DNA of 64,000 bases, from the NCBI GenBank assembly GCA_033857635.1, contig JAWVDF010000022.1, positions 138,150 to 202,149 on the forward strand, given 5' to 3'. This stretch comes from Blastocatellia bacterium. Its GTDB lineage: Bacteria; Acidobacteriota; Blastocatellia; Pyrinomonadales; Pyrinomonadaceae. The notes under the pieces are model-generated. The model was not told the DNA's origin, made no database searches, and was given only the letters and a program-made list of their open reading frames with translations. Below are positions 55,838 to 64,000 of the stretch, piece by piece (within the stretch, counting starts at the first letter, position 1; every line of letters begins with the position of its first letter). The position numbers and the translations under genes are program-made.

Positions 55838-57244
55838 TCATCTAATCGGAAGCCTCATCTCTACAATCAGCCCGCCATCATTAGCATTCTCGGCCTTAAT
55901 AGTTCCCTGATGCAGCCGCACCGCGCGCGCGGCGATCGAGAGGCCGAGGCCGGTTCCTCCGGTTTTGCGATCGCGATCGTCTTCAACTCGATAGAAGGGC
56001 CGGAAGATTTCTTTGATGGATTCCTCGGGCACGCCCTTGCCGTGATCGCGGACGCGGATTACTGCGAAGAGATCTCGATCCACTCCTTCGGAAGTCAGTG
56101 CGATCTCAACCTGAGTACCTGCTTCCGTGTATCGCACGGCGTTGCGCACCACGTTTTCCAGCGCGCTTCTAATAAGTTCGAAGACTCCTCTTGTCTTTAA
56201 CGCTTCATTCCGCGCGATCAGCACGGAACGATCGCGGCCCCGCGCTTCAAAGTCGGCGTCTTCGGCAACTTCCCGAACCAGGGCCGCCAGATCGATCTCT
56301 TCACTATCAGGACGTTCAGCCCCACTCTCGACTCTTGAAAGCGCCAGCAACTGTCCAATCATTTCGTTAAGCCGGCCCGCCTCTCGCTCGATGCGATCCA
56401 ACGCCGGCGTCGCTTGTGATCCAGCGTTGCGCCGCGCCAGACCGAGCGCGACACCCTGTCGGGCCAAAGGCGATCGCAATTCGTGTGAGATGTCGGCCAG
56501 CAAACGCCGTTGGGCTTCCATCAGGGACTCGAGCCGGCCGGCCATAACATTGAAGTCGCGACCGAGGTAGCCCAGCTCGTCGCGTCGTTTGAGCAGTTTC
56601 TGATCGACACGCGCCCCGAGGTTGCCGGCGGACAACTGCTGCGTCGCGCTGCGCAGTTCGACAATGGGCTTCGATAAATATCTCGCCAGCAAATAACAAA
56701 ACAATCCGCCCACCAGCACCACCGGCAAAAAACTTCTGGCGATCATCCTCAGTCCGAAGGCGAACGATCCGGGTTCTCCCAGTCGCGGCGGCGGCCCGAG
56801 AAAGCCCGGCGCCGGCAGTTCACCTGCTAAAACGTATTCGTCGCCGTTGGGCCCACGGACATACTGTGCGGCGATTGGCCGCTCCTGTTGCGGCAAAAAG
56901 TAATAGACGTACGGCGACGCTTCGCTAACCCGGCTGATCGCACTCGCGGCCCCGGCCGGCGCGGGCCGGCCCGACACTTCATTCCCGAGATTATCGAACA
57001 GCACGGCGTGGATCTTCGAAACATGCTCGACGCGCTCGAGATAAGCAGTCAGGCCTGGTTTGCCGTCTCGCTCAAAAACATCGACCGCCGATTGCGCGTA
57101 GACGCTGAACATCTGGGCCATCGGACTCTGTCGAAAGAACTGCGATCGACGTTCAATGAAAATGCCGGTCACAAACGACGCGATGTTCGCAAAGACCATC
57201 ACCAGCCCGAACCAGAGAAAGATTTTTAGAAAGAGACTGCGCAT
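55838..57244 (-). CDS. Sensor histidine kinase (2 TM, HAMP, HisKA, HATPase_c), CpxA/BaeS-like
   Basis: H-box ISHELRSPLAR, N-box VRNAVRYT, G2 GTGLGLSIA. Confidence 0.85.
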   Translation of the reverse strand: MRSLFLKIFLWFGLVMVFANIASFVTGIFIERRSQFFRQSPMAQMFSVYAQSAVDVFERDGKPGLTAYLERVEHVSKIHAVLFDNLGNEVSGRPAPAGAASAISRVSEASPYVYYFLPQQERPIAAQYVRGPNGDEYVLAGELPAPGFLGPPPRLGEPGSFAFGLRMIARSFLPVVLVGGLFCYLLARYLSKPIVELRSATQQLSAGNLGARVDQKLLKRRDELGYLGRDFNVMAGRLESLMEAQRRLLADISHELRSPLARQGVALGLARRNAGSQATPALDRIEREAGRLNEMIGQLLALSRVESGAERPDSEEIDLAALVREVAEDADFEARGRDRSVLIARNEALKTRGVFELIRSALENVVRNAVRYTEAGTQVEIALTSEGVDRDLFAVIRVRDHGKGVPEESIKEIFRPFYRVEDDRDRKTGGTGLGLSIAARAVRLHQGTIKAENANDGGLIVEMRLPIR

Positions 57245-57250
57245 CGTGGA

Positions 57251-57967
57251 TTACTCAGGCTCCCTCTTTTCCGGTGCCGCGTAAATGTAGCCGACGCTTC
57301 GCACCGTCTTGATTCGTTCGGCGCCGTTTACCTGGTGCCCCAGCTTCTTACGCAAGTTACTGACATGCGTATCAATGCTTCGATCAAATGGGGAAAGCTC
57401 GCGATGCAGCACGGCTTTGACCAGTTCTTCCCTTTCCAAAATGCGGCCGGGCGCCGCGAGCAGTTTCTCGAGCAGCGCATACTCAACCGCCGTCAGATCG
57501 ATTGGTTCGCCGTTGCGCCGGACCGTATGCGTCCGGTTATCCATTTCCACATCGCCCACAACTACTATTTCAACCGCCGGCTTCAGCCCGGGCGCTGATT
57601 GCGCGCGGCGCAAAACGGCATTGATTCGGGCCACCAGTTCCAGCGGATTGAAAGGCTTCGGCAGATAGTCGTCAGCGCCAATCTGCAGACCGATGATTCG
57701 ATTCATGTCGTCGCCCCGGGCCGTCAACATTACAATCGGCATTTGTGACGTGGCCCTGATCTGTCGCAAAACTTCAAAGCCGTTCAGTCCCGGTAACATG
57801 TAATCGAGAACAACCAACACGTGCTCTCCGGAAAGCGCACGCGAAACACCGGCCGGCCCTTCATGCACAGCTTCTACTTTGTAGCCTTCAGGACCCAGAT
57901 ACTCCGCGACCAGTTCACAGAGTTCGACGTCGTCGTCGATAACCAGAATTTCCTGCATTGGTTTCAT
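57251..57967 (-). CDS. OmpR/PhoB-family response regulator, CpxR-like
   Basis: Receiver domain (VIDDD...VVLDYMLPGLNG...KPF) plus winged-helix output (RSVGYIY). Confidence 0.9.
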   Translation of the reverse strand: MKPMQEILVIDDDVELCELVAEYLGPEGYKVEAVHEGPAGVSRALSGEHVLVVLDYMLPGLNGFEVLRQIRATSQMPIVMLTARGDDMNRIIGLQIGADDYLPKPFNPLELVARINAVLRRAQSAPGLKPAVEIVVVGDVEMDNRTHTVRRNGEPIDLTAVEYALLEKLLAAPGRILEREELVKAVLHRELSPFDRSIDTHVSNLRKKLGHQVNGAERIKTVRSVGYIYAAPEKREPE

Positions 57968-57983
57968 AAGAAAAGGGTGTCAG

Positions 57984-58095
57984 AAGCCCGACCGTCAGCG
58001 AGGGCCACTTACCCGAGACTTACTCACGAGAAGACCACATCTCCAGTCTGGACTCGAGACGAAGATAGCGCTTGCTGACGCGCGGGCTTCCGACA
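57984..58095. repeat. GAAGCCCGACCGTCAGCGAGGGCC with a degenerate inverted partner
   Basis: The partner GCTGACGCGCGGGCTTC lies near 58075..58093. The element sits in the divergent promoter region of the Cpx-like locus. Confidence 0.6.
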
Positions 58096-58292
58096 CAGCC
58101 CTATCTTAGTAGCCGAGCCAGTTTTGTAAAGCATGCCCGTCAACGAATAAGCCCACTTTGCAAAAGTTTGCAGACACTTGACGAAGTCTTCACATCCGCC
58201 TGCTTCAACTCGCGTCTAAGATGCGTAACAAGACTGCGCCGTTACTAAGCGGTGGATGGATTGAAGAGGAATCGTTCAAGAGGAGAAACAAC

Positions 58293-58793
58293 ATGAAATT
58301 CAATTTAAAGAAGACGAGCGTGATCGTGGCTGTTGCCGCCGCGCTCTTATTGGTGGCGGCCGCGGTGGCCTTCTCGCATGGCCACATGGGAAGACATCAA
58401 GGCCCGCGTGAGGGTGGCTTTCGTGGTGGACCGGGACCGCGCGATGGGCTGGGACCGATCCTGCATGACCTTAACCTGACTGAAGATCAAAAGGCCCAGG
58501 TCAAGAAAATCGCGGACAGCTTCCGAGAGAGCAACAAAGCCCTTCTAGATCAGCTGCGGGCATCGCAGTCCAACGAACCCGATCCGATAAACGGGACGTT
58601 CGACGAAGCGGCGGTGCGTGCAGCCGCGGAAGCGCGAGCCAGGATCCAGATCGAACTAGAAGTTTCGCGCGCCAAAATGATGTCCCAAATCGCCGGCGTG
58701 CTGACGGCCGAGCAGAAGGCCCAACTCGCCGCGAAGCGTCAGCAGTTCGGGCGCCAGGGGCCGCCGCCGCTACCGCCTGGTGAACAGGAATAA
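58293..58793 (+). CDS. Periplasmic Spy/CpxP-family (LTxxQ) protein
   Basis: AGGAG RBS, signal peptide, LNLTEDQKAQV and LTAEQKAQL motifs. Divergent from the two-component genes. Confidence 0.7.
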   Translation: MKFNLKKTSVIVAVAAALLLVAAAVAFSHGHMGRHQGPREGGFRGGPGPRDGLGPILHDLNLTEDQKAQVKKIADSFRESNKALLDQLRASQSNEPDPINGTFDEAAVRAAAEARARIQIELEVSRAKMMSQIAGVLTAEQKAQLAAKRQQFGRQGPPPLPPGEQE

Positions 58794-58800
58794 CTTTGTA

Positions 58801-58823
58801 CGCAAGTTAACAACTTGCGCTAC
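58801..58823. repeat. Hairpin repeat CGCAAGTTAACAACTTGCGCTAC (inverted orientation)
   Basis: Starts 8 nt after the Spy-like gene stop. Confidence 0.8.
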
Positions 58824-58826
58824 AGG

Positions 58827-58888
58827 GACCGGCTTCAACGGAGGGTGCAATGCTGTGGGGTGCATTCCTTTCGTGAAGCCGGTCTTTT
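58827..58888 (+). terminator. Stem-loop plus T-run after the Spy-like gene
   Basis: GACCGGCTTCA (58827..58837) pairs with TGAAGCCGGTC (58874..58884), followed by TTTT. The loop is long (36 nt). Confidence 0.45.
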
Positions 58889-58910
58889 CATGTCCACAGG
58901 CAAAATGACC

Positions 58911-58927
58911 CTTCACAAAACTTCACA
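58911..58927 (+). promoter_or_regulatory. Direct repeat CTTCACA-N3-CTTCACA (10-nt phasing), candidate response-regulator box
   Basis: Lies about 185 nt upstream of the OMP gene. A third CTTCACA at 58188..58194 lies about 100 nt upstream of the Spy-like gene. Confidence 0.3.
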
Positions 58928-59110
58928 TTCGGTTGACTCACTCTTTGCGTCACGCCTTGAACCGTCAGCGTCTTAGACATCAATTCGGAAACACGAGTTC
59001 ATTCGCCCGACGCGGTGCTTTGCCGGGCGACTGAAGCGAGCGACCTTGCCAAGTTCTATAACAAGGTCGCCGCAGTTTCGAAGCTGAAGACAAATTCACG
59101 GAGGTTTCTT

Positions 59111-59743
59111 ATGAAAAGACTTACTCTTCTAACCATCGCCCTTTTTGCCAGCTTTACGATCGCGTCAGCTCAAACCGACAAGAAGCCGGAGTTCTTTGCC
59201 GGCTATTCATTCGAGAGTGTCGATACTGGAATCAAAAGCTCGGACTTTACTACCGCTACGACTACGAGCCTGGATAAGAAATTCAAGCTCAATGGCCTTA
59301 ACCTTTCCGCCACCGGATATCTGAGCAAGCGCCTGGGCATCACCGGCGATTTCTCGGCTAACTTTGCAACTCGCGCCGACGCCTTTGGCACCGACACGAG
59401 TAACTCGAAAGTTTCGCTTTACAACTTCACGGCTGGACCGCAGTTGAGATTTCCTTCGACCAGCAGATTCACGCCGTACGTCCATGTTCTGGCGGGTGTC
59501 GCGCGACGCAAGCTGACGAAGACCTTCACCACCGGGATCAATAATTTCACCGACACCAGCACGAGCTTTGCCATGAACTTTGGCGGAGGCGTTGACTATC
59601 GGCTGAATCAACACTTCGCCTGGCGCCTGATCCAGTTTGATTACAACCCCATTCTCCTGCGTGGCCGGACAATAAATACCGTGGTTTTTCCGGATCGTAC
59701 GTTGAATGGTTTCCGTTTCTCGACCGGAATCGTCATCAAGTAA
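59111..59743 (+). CDS. Outer-membrane beta-barrel protein (OmpA-like barrel / OMP_b-brl family)
   Basis: Signal peptide MKRLTLLTIALFASFTIASAQ. Alternating beta pattern, with FRFSTGIVIK near the C-terminus. Confidence 0.7.
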   Translation: MKRLTLLTIALFASFTIASAQTDKKPEFFAGYSFESVDTGIKSSDFTTATTTSLDKKFKLNGLNLSATGYLSKRLGITGDFSANFATRADAFGTDTSNSKVSLYNFTAGPQLRFPSTSRFTPYVHVLAGVARRKLTKTFTTGINNFTDTSTSFAMNFGGGVDYRLNQHFAWRLIQFDYNPILLRGRTINTVVFPDRTLNGFRFSTGIVIK

Positions 59744-59811
59744 CCCTCGTCGTCGCCGAGACCTGCCCACGTGAGCAGGTCCCGGTGTTTGCATCGAATA
59801 GGAGGTCTAAG

Positions 59812-60312
59812 ATGAGAATATTAAAGACGCTGGTTCTGGCCGCAACCATCATTCTTACCGGTGCGGCTGTCAGTTCTGCACAAGCGATCGTCACACCGCA
59901 AAGAAATCCTGAGCAGCAAAGCGGCACTCGAAACAGCGAGCAGGATTACGCCGCTCTGGTAGAGGAAGTTTTCGCACCCATAACGAACCAATTGAACCTG
60001 ACCAACGGACAGAAGTTCCGAGTCGTCTCGATCGTCACGGGGGCAATCTTCAAGTCCGATCCGCTGATGACTCAACTGGACGAGTTGGACGATCAGATCG
60101 AGGAAGTAACCCTGGCTTATCCGGTTGATGAAAATCGGATACGCCAACTCTCAGGACAGGAAGCTGAAGTGATGGGACAAATCATTGCCATAAAGGCACG
60201 CGCCAAGGCCAATATGTATCAGGTATTGACGCCGCAACAAAGAGCCATGGTCGTTGATCAGTGGCGGGGCAAGGTCCCGGCCGAAGGGCGCCTCGGGTCC
60301 ATCAGTAATTAG
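59812..60312 (+). CDS. Second periplasmic LTxxQ (Spy/CpxP-like) protein
   Basis: AGGAGG RBS, signal peptide, LNLTNGQKFRV and LTPQQRAMV motifs. Confidence 0.55.
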   Translation: MRILKTLVLAATIILTGAAVSSAQAIVTPQRNPEQQSGTRNSEQDYAALVEEVFAPITNQLNLTNGQKFRVVSIVTGAIFKSDPLMTQLDELDDQIEEVTLAYPVDENRIRQLSGQEAEVMGQIIAIKARAKANMYQVLTPQQRAMVVDQWRGKVPAEGRLGSISN

Positions 60313-60336
60313 AATTTGTCGAGCCAAAGGAGTGAG

Positions 60337-60450
60337 ATGACCGACTGGATCGTTTGGACGCCGGTGTTGTGGCGGTTGCTGACGATGTTGTGGAGCGTCT
60401 TGCAGTATGCGTCGGCGCACGCATACGAATTCTGGTCGATGATTAACTAA
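60337..60450 (+). CDS. Possible 37-aa Trp-rich membrane peptide
   Basis: Not in the ORF track. AAGGAG RBS 7 nt upstream. Sequence MTDWIVWTPVLWRLLTMLWSVLQYASAHAYEFWSMIN. Confidence 0.3.
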   Translation: MTDWIVWTPVLWRLLTMLWSVLQYASAHAYEFWSMIN

Positions 60451-60517
60451 GAACGCAGTCTGCCGAGCAAGGTCTGACTGGTCCCAAAGGAGATTGCATA
60501 GGTCTCAGCCGATATCA

Positions 60518-60600
60518 CCTCAAGGTCCGAAAGCGGGGCCTGCCCCCGCCGTCTTGTTCCGTTCAATGATCGGCGGGGGCAAGCCTTCCTGGCCTTGAGG
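60518..60600. repeat. CCTCAAGG..GCGGGGCCTGCCCCCGCC ... GGCGGGGGCAAGCCTTCCTGGCCTTGAGG doublet
   Basis: Related to 46565..46656. Confidence 0.7.
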
Positions 60601-60723
60601 TTTCCTACTGGGTCTCTAAAGGGTTAAGCCGAGAACGCTGCGCGGGCCCGCGTTCTCAGACATGAGTTTCTGTTATCATGACGCACGCTCTAAATCAAAA
60701 TTGGATTCCGGCAAACGCGACTG

Positions 60724-61758
60724 ATGTTCTTAGCACCCAGGAAAGTTCTTTGCTTAACGCTCGTACTGCTGTTCCTCTTGTCCTGTAAGTCATCACAATC
60801 GAGCCAACACAAACTCCTCATCTACACGCCCCACGGCCAGGACATGCTGCGCGATTTTGTGGCGCGCTACAAACAGGTCCACCCGGAAGTCGAAGTGCAA
60901 TTTCTGGATATGGGATCGCGCGAAGTGCTCGAGCGTCTCCGCGCTGAACGCAATCGCCCGCAAGCGGATCTGTGGTGGGGCGCAGCGCACACGACATTTC
61001 AAACCGCGGCTGACGAAAATCTGCTGGCGCCTTATCGACCTTCATGGGCTGATAAGGTTCCCGACTATGCGCGAGACAAACAGGATCGCTGGTACGGGAC
61101 TTATGAAACTCCGGAAGTGATCGTTTATAACAGCGCGGCGGTGACTGCCGCGGACGCGCCCAGGGATTGGGATGATGTGCTCGATCCGAAATGGAAAGAC
61201 AAAGTCTTGATCCGGAATCCGAACCCGTCCGATTCCATGCGGGCGATCTTTGGCGCGATGATCTGGCGATTTTATAAAGGCACGAACTCACCTGAAAAAG
61301 GTTACGAGTGGCTAAGAAAACTGGATGCCAACGTGCACGAGTACACTGCCGACGGCACTCTGTTGATGCAGAAGATGGCTCGCCAGGAGGGCTTGATCAG
61401 TCTTTGGGACCTGCCCGATGTTCGTTTGTATCAGGAGCAGAAGAAACTTCCGGTCGCCTACAACATTCCCGCCAGCGGCACGCCCGTCGTGATCGACGGC
61501 ATCGCTCTGGTTCGCGGCGGGCCGAACGAGGCCGAAGCAAAACGCTTTTATGAATTTGTCACTACGCCGGAGAGTTTGATTCACTCAGGCCGCAACTATT
61601 ACCGCCTGCCCGTGCGCACCGACATCGATCGCAAACAACTTCCTGACTGGATGAATGCACCCTTCACGCGCATGCCGCTCGACTGGGAGCTGTTGCGCAA
61701 AGAGGGCAATGAATGGCTGCGTTACTGGGACACTGAAATTCGCGGGCGTGGGAAATAG
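60724..61758 (+). CDS. ABC transporter periplasmic substrate-binding lipoprotein (family 1, iron(III)/polyamine-type)
   Basis: Lipobox LLSC. The pattern LIYTPHGQD...ADLWWGAAHTTF matches Fe3+/thiamine-type binding proteins. No permease or ATPase gene lies adjacent. Confidence 0.75.
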   Translation: MFLAPRKVLCLTLVLLFLLSCKSSQSSQHKLLIYTPHGQDMLRDFVARYKQVHPEVEVQFLDMGSREVLERLRAERNRPQADLWWGAAHTTFQTAADENLLAPYRPSWADKVPDYARDKQDRWYGTYETPEVIVYNSAAVTAADAPRDWDDVLDPKWKDKVLIRNPNPSDSMRAIFGAMIWRFYKGTNSPEKGYEWLRKLDANVHEYTADGTLLMQKMARQEGLISLWDLPDVRLYQEQKKLPVAYNIPASGTPVVIDGIALVRGGPNEAEAKRFYEFVTTPESLIHSGRNYYRLPVRTDIDRKQLPDWMNAPFTRMPLDWELLRKEGNEWLRYWDTEIRGRGK

Positions 61759-61771
61759 AGATTGCCATAAC

Positions 61772-61888
61772 GGATCGCGGACATCCTGTCCGCCTGAGCG
61801 CGCAGCGCCAACCAACCTCAAGACAAATTCCTCCTGTAAGAATATGAGCGGGCTTCGCCCGCTGGCGGACAGGATGTCCGCGCTCCGT
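61772..61888. repeat. GATCGCGGACATCCTGTCCGCCTGAGCGCGCAGCGC ... GGCGGACAGGATGTCCGCGCTCC doublet
   Basis: Read directly. Confidence 0.8.
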
Positions 61889-61931
61889 CTGGATAGATTG
61901 GCGCGGGGAGCATAGCTATGAGGACAAGTGA

Positions 61932-62213
61932 TTAAGCCGTGGTCAGATCAGATTCCGTGGGTAAGGACGCATCGGCTTCATCAATCGCGACACCTTCGAT
62001 ATAAAGAGTCTCGGGGGCGATGTCTTGTTCGTTGGGCCACTGCACGGTGCCGAACGCAACTCTGACTTGCGTGAAATAGTCGAGGCTCTTCAGTTCCGTG
62101 AAAATGCCGCGATCCAAGTACGGCTTAACATCAAAGCGCTTCAGGGATCCATCGCTGAACTTCACATCAAGAGAGAAATTCGGATTGGCGATTACTGCAA
62201 TAACCTTGTTCAT
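61932..62213 (-). CDS. DUF2442 domain protein
   Basis: FSLDVKFSDGSLKRFDVKPYL...FTQVRV...GTVQWPNEQDIAPETLY pattern. Paired with DUF4160. Confidence 0.75.
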   Translation of the reverse strand: MNKVIAVIANPNFSLDVKFSDGSLKRFDVKPYLDRGIFTELKSLDYFTQVRVAFGTVQWPNEQDIAPETLYIEGVAIDEADASLPTESDLTTA

Positions 62214-62220
62214 CTGACTC

Positions 62221-62490
62221 CTACTTCAAGGGCTCGATCTTAAACACCGACTGACCGCTGATTGCGAGTCTCCAGTCCGCCATCAAATCGTCGCGATGTA
62301 TTTCTACCCAAGCCTGAACCAACCGGAGCTTAGCCGTTCTCAGCGAACCTTCTATCACGGTACCGTCAGGAATTGAAACAACCGCTTCTTCGTCGCCACA
62401 CTCCACATGGATATGCGGCTGATGATGCCGTCTATCATCGAAATAATACATCATGATGATTATCCCGTAGAACATCGAAATGACCGGCAT
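62221..62490 (-). CDS. DUF4160 domain protein
   Basis: MPVISMFYGIIIMMYYFDDRRHHQPHIHVECGDEEAVVSI is the canonical DUF4160 N-terminus. Confidence 0.75.
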   Translation of the reverse strand: MPVISMFYGIIIMMYYFDDRRHHQPHIHVECGDEEAVVSIPDGTVIEGSLRTAKLRLVQAWVEIHRDDLMADWRLAISGQSVFKIEPLK

Positions 62491-62662
62491 ATCTCACCTC
62501 TTACTCACGAGTGAAAGATCAAAGATAGTCCGCTTGGGTCGACATCGGCAATTCTTGCTCCCGGCTGCTCCGCGTATGTAACCAAAATCAGACCACCTGC
62601 GTCTTAACTACCAAGGCAGAACAACGCCGACTTTTGCTCAAGAAAGCCAAGGAATCATCTGA

Positions 62663-64000
62663 ATGTTACGTTTGTTATTGATTGTCGTGTTTTGTGCCGG
62701 CGTCGTGCCAGGCCAGCAGGGTACGGGCTCACTGAAGGGTCAGATCTCGGACGAATTCGGCGGCGTTATTGTCGGCGCCACAGTTGTTGCCGTGAATGCC
62801 AATGGCGTTGAGAAGACTGCCACCACAAATGGTGACGGCAATTTTGTAATCAACGGACTCGCTCCCGGAAAATATACAATCAAAGTCACGGCGCCGGGCT
62901 TCGCAAACCACGAGACCGCGGATGTCGAAGCCATCGCCGGTCGCTCCGCACAGCTAAACGTCACACTCAAAGTTACTATCGAACAGCAGAAAGTCACCGT
63001 GGCGTCCGACACTACGGGTGTAAATACCGAGCCTGAAAATAATGTCGGCGCCATCGTCCTCAAAGGCGCAGACCTCGAATCATTGCCCGACGATCCCGAC
63101 GATCTCGCGGCCGCGCTGCAAGCGTTGGCGGGCCCCGGCGCGGGACCAAACGGCGGACAGATTTACATCGATGGATTCAGCGGCGGACGTTTGCCCCCGC
63201 TCTCGACCATTCGCGAAATTCGGATTAACTCGAATCCCTACTCGGCCGAGTATGACCGGCCCGGCTTTGGCCGAACTGAAATTCTGACCAAGCCCGGCAC
63301 CGATCGATTTCGTGGCGAAGGTTTTTTCACCTTCAACAATCAAGCGCTGAATTCGCGCAATCCGTTTCAGACTGCGCGCGCGCCTTACCTGTCGCGACGG
63401 TATGGCGGCCAACTCAGCGGACCTATCTCGCGTAAGAAGGCTTCATTCTTCGTCGACATCGAACGGCGCGACATCAATGACGAAGGGGTGGTTACCGCAA
63501 CCATTCTCGATCCCAGCTTCAACATCGTGTCGTTCAGCGAGTCAGTGCCGCTGCCTAACCGGCGTACTGAGTTCAGTCCGCGCCTCGATTACCAAATCAA
63601 CGCCAGCAACACTCTGGTAGCTCGCTATGAATACGAGCATGCGACCAACACTACCGGCGTGGGAGGCTTCTCGCTCAGCTCGCGAAAGTACAGCAACTTC
63701 AGTACTCAACAAACGGTGCGCCTGACGGAAACCGCAATCCTGAATAAGACGACAGTGAACGAAACGCGCTTTCAGTTCAGTCATCAGACATCTGGAGATA
63801 CTGCGAACAACTCGATACCGACGATTCAGGTGCAGGACGCTTTTACCGGCGGCGGGTCGCAGATCGGACTTTCTTCCAACCAAACGAATCGTTGGGAGTT
63901 GACCAACAACACTTCGCTCGCGAAGGGACTGCATACGATTAGATTCGGGGCCCGCCTTCGCGACACACACATCACCAGTATTTCGCCGCAGAACTTTGGC
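62663..64000 (+). CDS. TonB-dependent-receptor-like outer-membrane protein with an N-terminal CarboxypepD_reg domain; 3' end outside the window
   Basis: Not in the ORF track because there is no stop. I translated frame 2 from the ATG at 62663 to 64000 without a stop. Signal peptide, then GSLKGQISDEFGGVIVGATVVAVNANG...TTNGDGNFVINGLAPGKYTIKVTAPGF. Confidence 0.8.
   Translation, partial: MLRLLLIVVFCAGVVPGQQGTGSLKGQISDEFGGVIVGATVVAVNANGVEKTATTNGDGNFVINGLAPGKYTIKVTAPGFANHETADVEAIAGRSAQLNVTLKVTIEQQKVTVASDTTGVNTEPENNVGAIVLKGADLESLPDDPDDLAAALQALAGPGAGPNGGQIYIDGFSGGRLPPLSTIREIRINSNPYSAEYDRPGFGRTEILTKPGTDRFRGEGFFTFNNQALNSRNPFQTARAPYLSRRYGGQLSGPISRKKASFFVDIERRDINDEGVVTATILDPSFNIVSFSESVPLPNRRTEFSPRLDYQINASNTLVARYEYEHATNTTGVGGFSLSSRKYSNFSTQQTVRLTETAILNKTTVNETRFQFSHQTSGDTANNSIPTIQVQDAFTGGGSQIGLSSNQTNRWELTNNTSLAKGLHTIRFGARLRDTHITSISPQNFG

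Overview
All calls come from reading the sequence and ORF translations by eye. No search or computation was run, so family names are motif-level recognitions. The window looks like a chromosomal segment of a moderately GC-rich Gram-negative bacterium. My guess is Acidobacteriota, inferred from the CarboxypepD_reg-type TonB receptor at the 3' end, the BNR/VPS10-like protein at the 5' end and the styles of intergenic repeat.

I support about 63 protein genes:
- Housekeeping: efp, an EF-G paralog, tdk, oligopeptidase B, two MDR oxidoreductases, an Fpg/Nei glycosylase and a hyuA/hyuB pair.
- Four toxin-antitoxin-like pairs: BrnT/BrnA, DUF5615/DUF433, DUF4258 plus a small partner, and DUF4160/DUF2442.
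- Three sigma/anti-sigma pairs.
- A Cpx-like envelope-stress locus (OmpR-family regulator, HAMP histidine kinase, two LTxxQ Spy/CpxP-like proteins, an outer-membrane barrel).
- An AAA+ (ChlI-like) / vWA pair.
- No rRNA, tRNA or CRISPR array was recognised.

Nearly every larger intergenic gap is filled with palindromic REP/REPIN-like elements of at least a dozen families. One IS200-like RAYT-type transposase (55243..55695) is framed by mirrored hairpin triplets. Two genes (fpg-like, hyuB) carry in-frame insertions made of such repeats.

The main candidate for an undescribed system is a 12.4-kb island (about 31235..43673) that lacks these repeats and looks AT-richer. It holds nine co-directional genes: a transglutaminase-fold Cys enzyme, a small beta-rich protein, a signal-anchored TPR-CHAT (caspase-fold) protein, an ECF-type sigma factor, a single-pass anti-sigma-like protein, a large secreted Ig-domain/beta-rich protein, a small membrane protein, a chymotrypsin-fold Ser protease and a stand-alone copy of that protease's N-terminal module. 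I propose a protease-gated ECF sigma switch. It would resemble the TPR-CHAT/Csx30/RpoE logic of type III-E CRISPR, but there is no CRISPR component here.

A second oddity is an AT-rich two-gene cassette wedged between the AAA+ and vWA genes.
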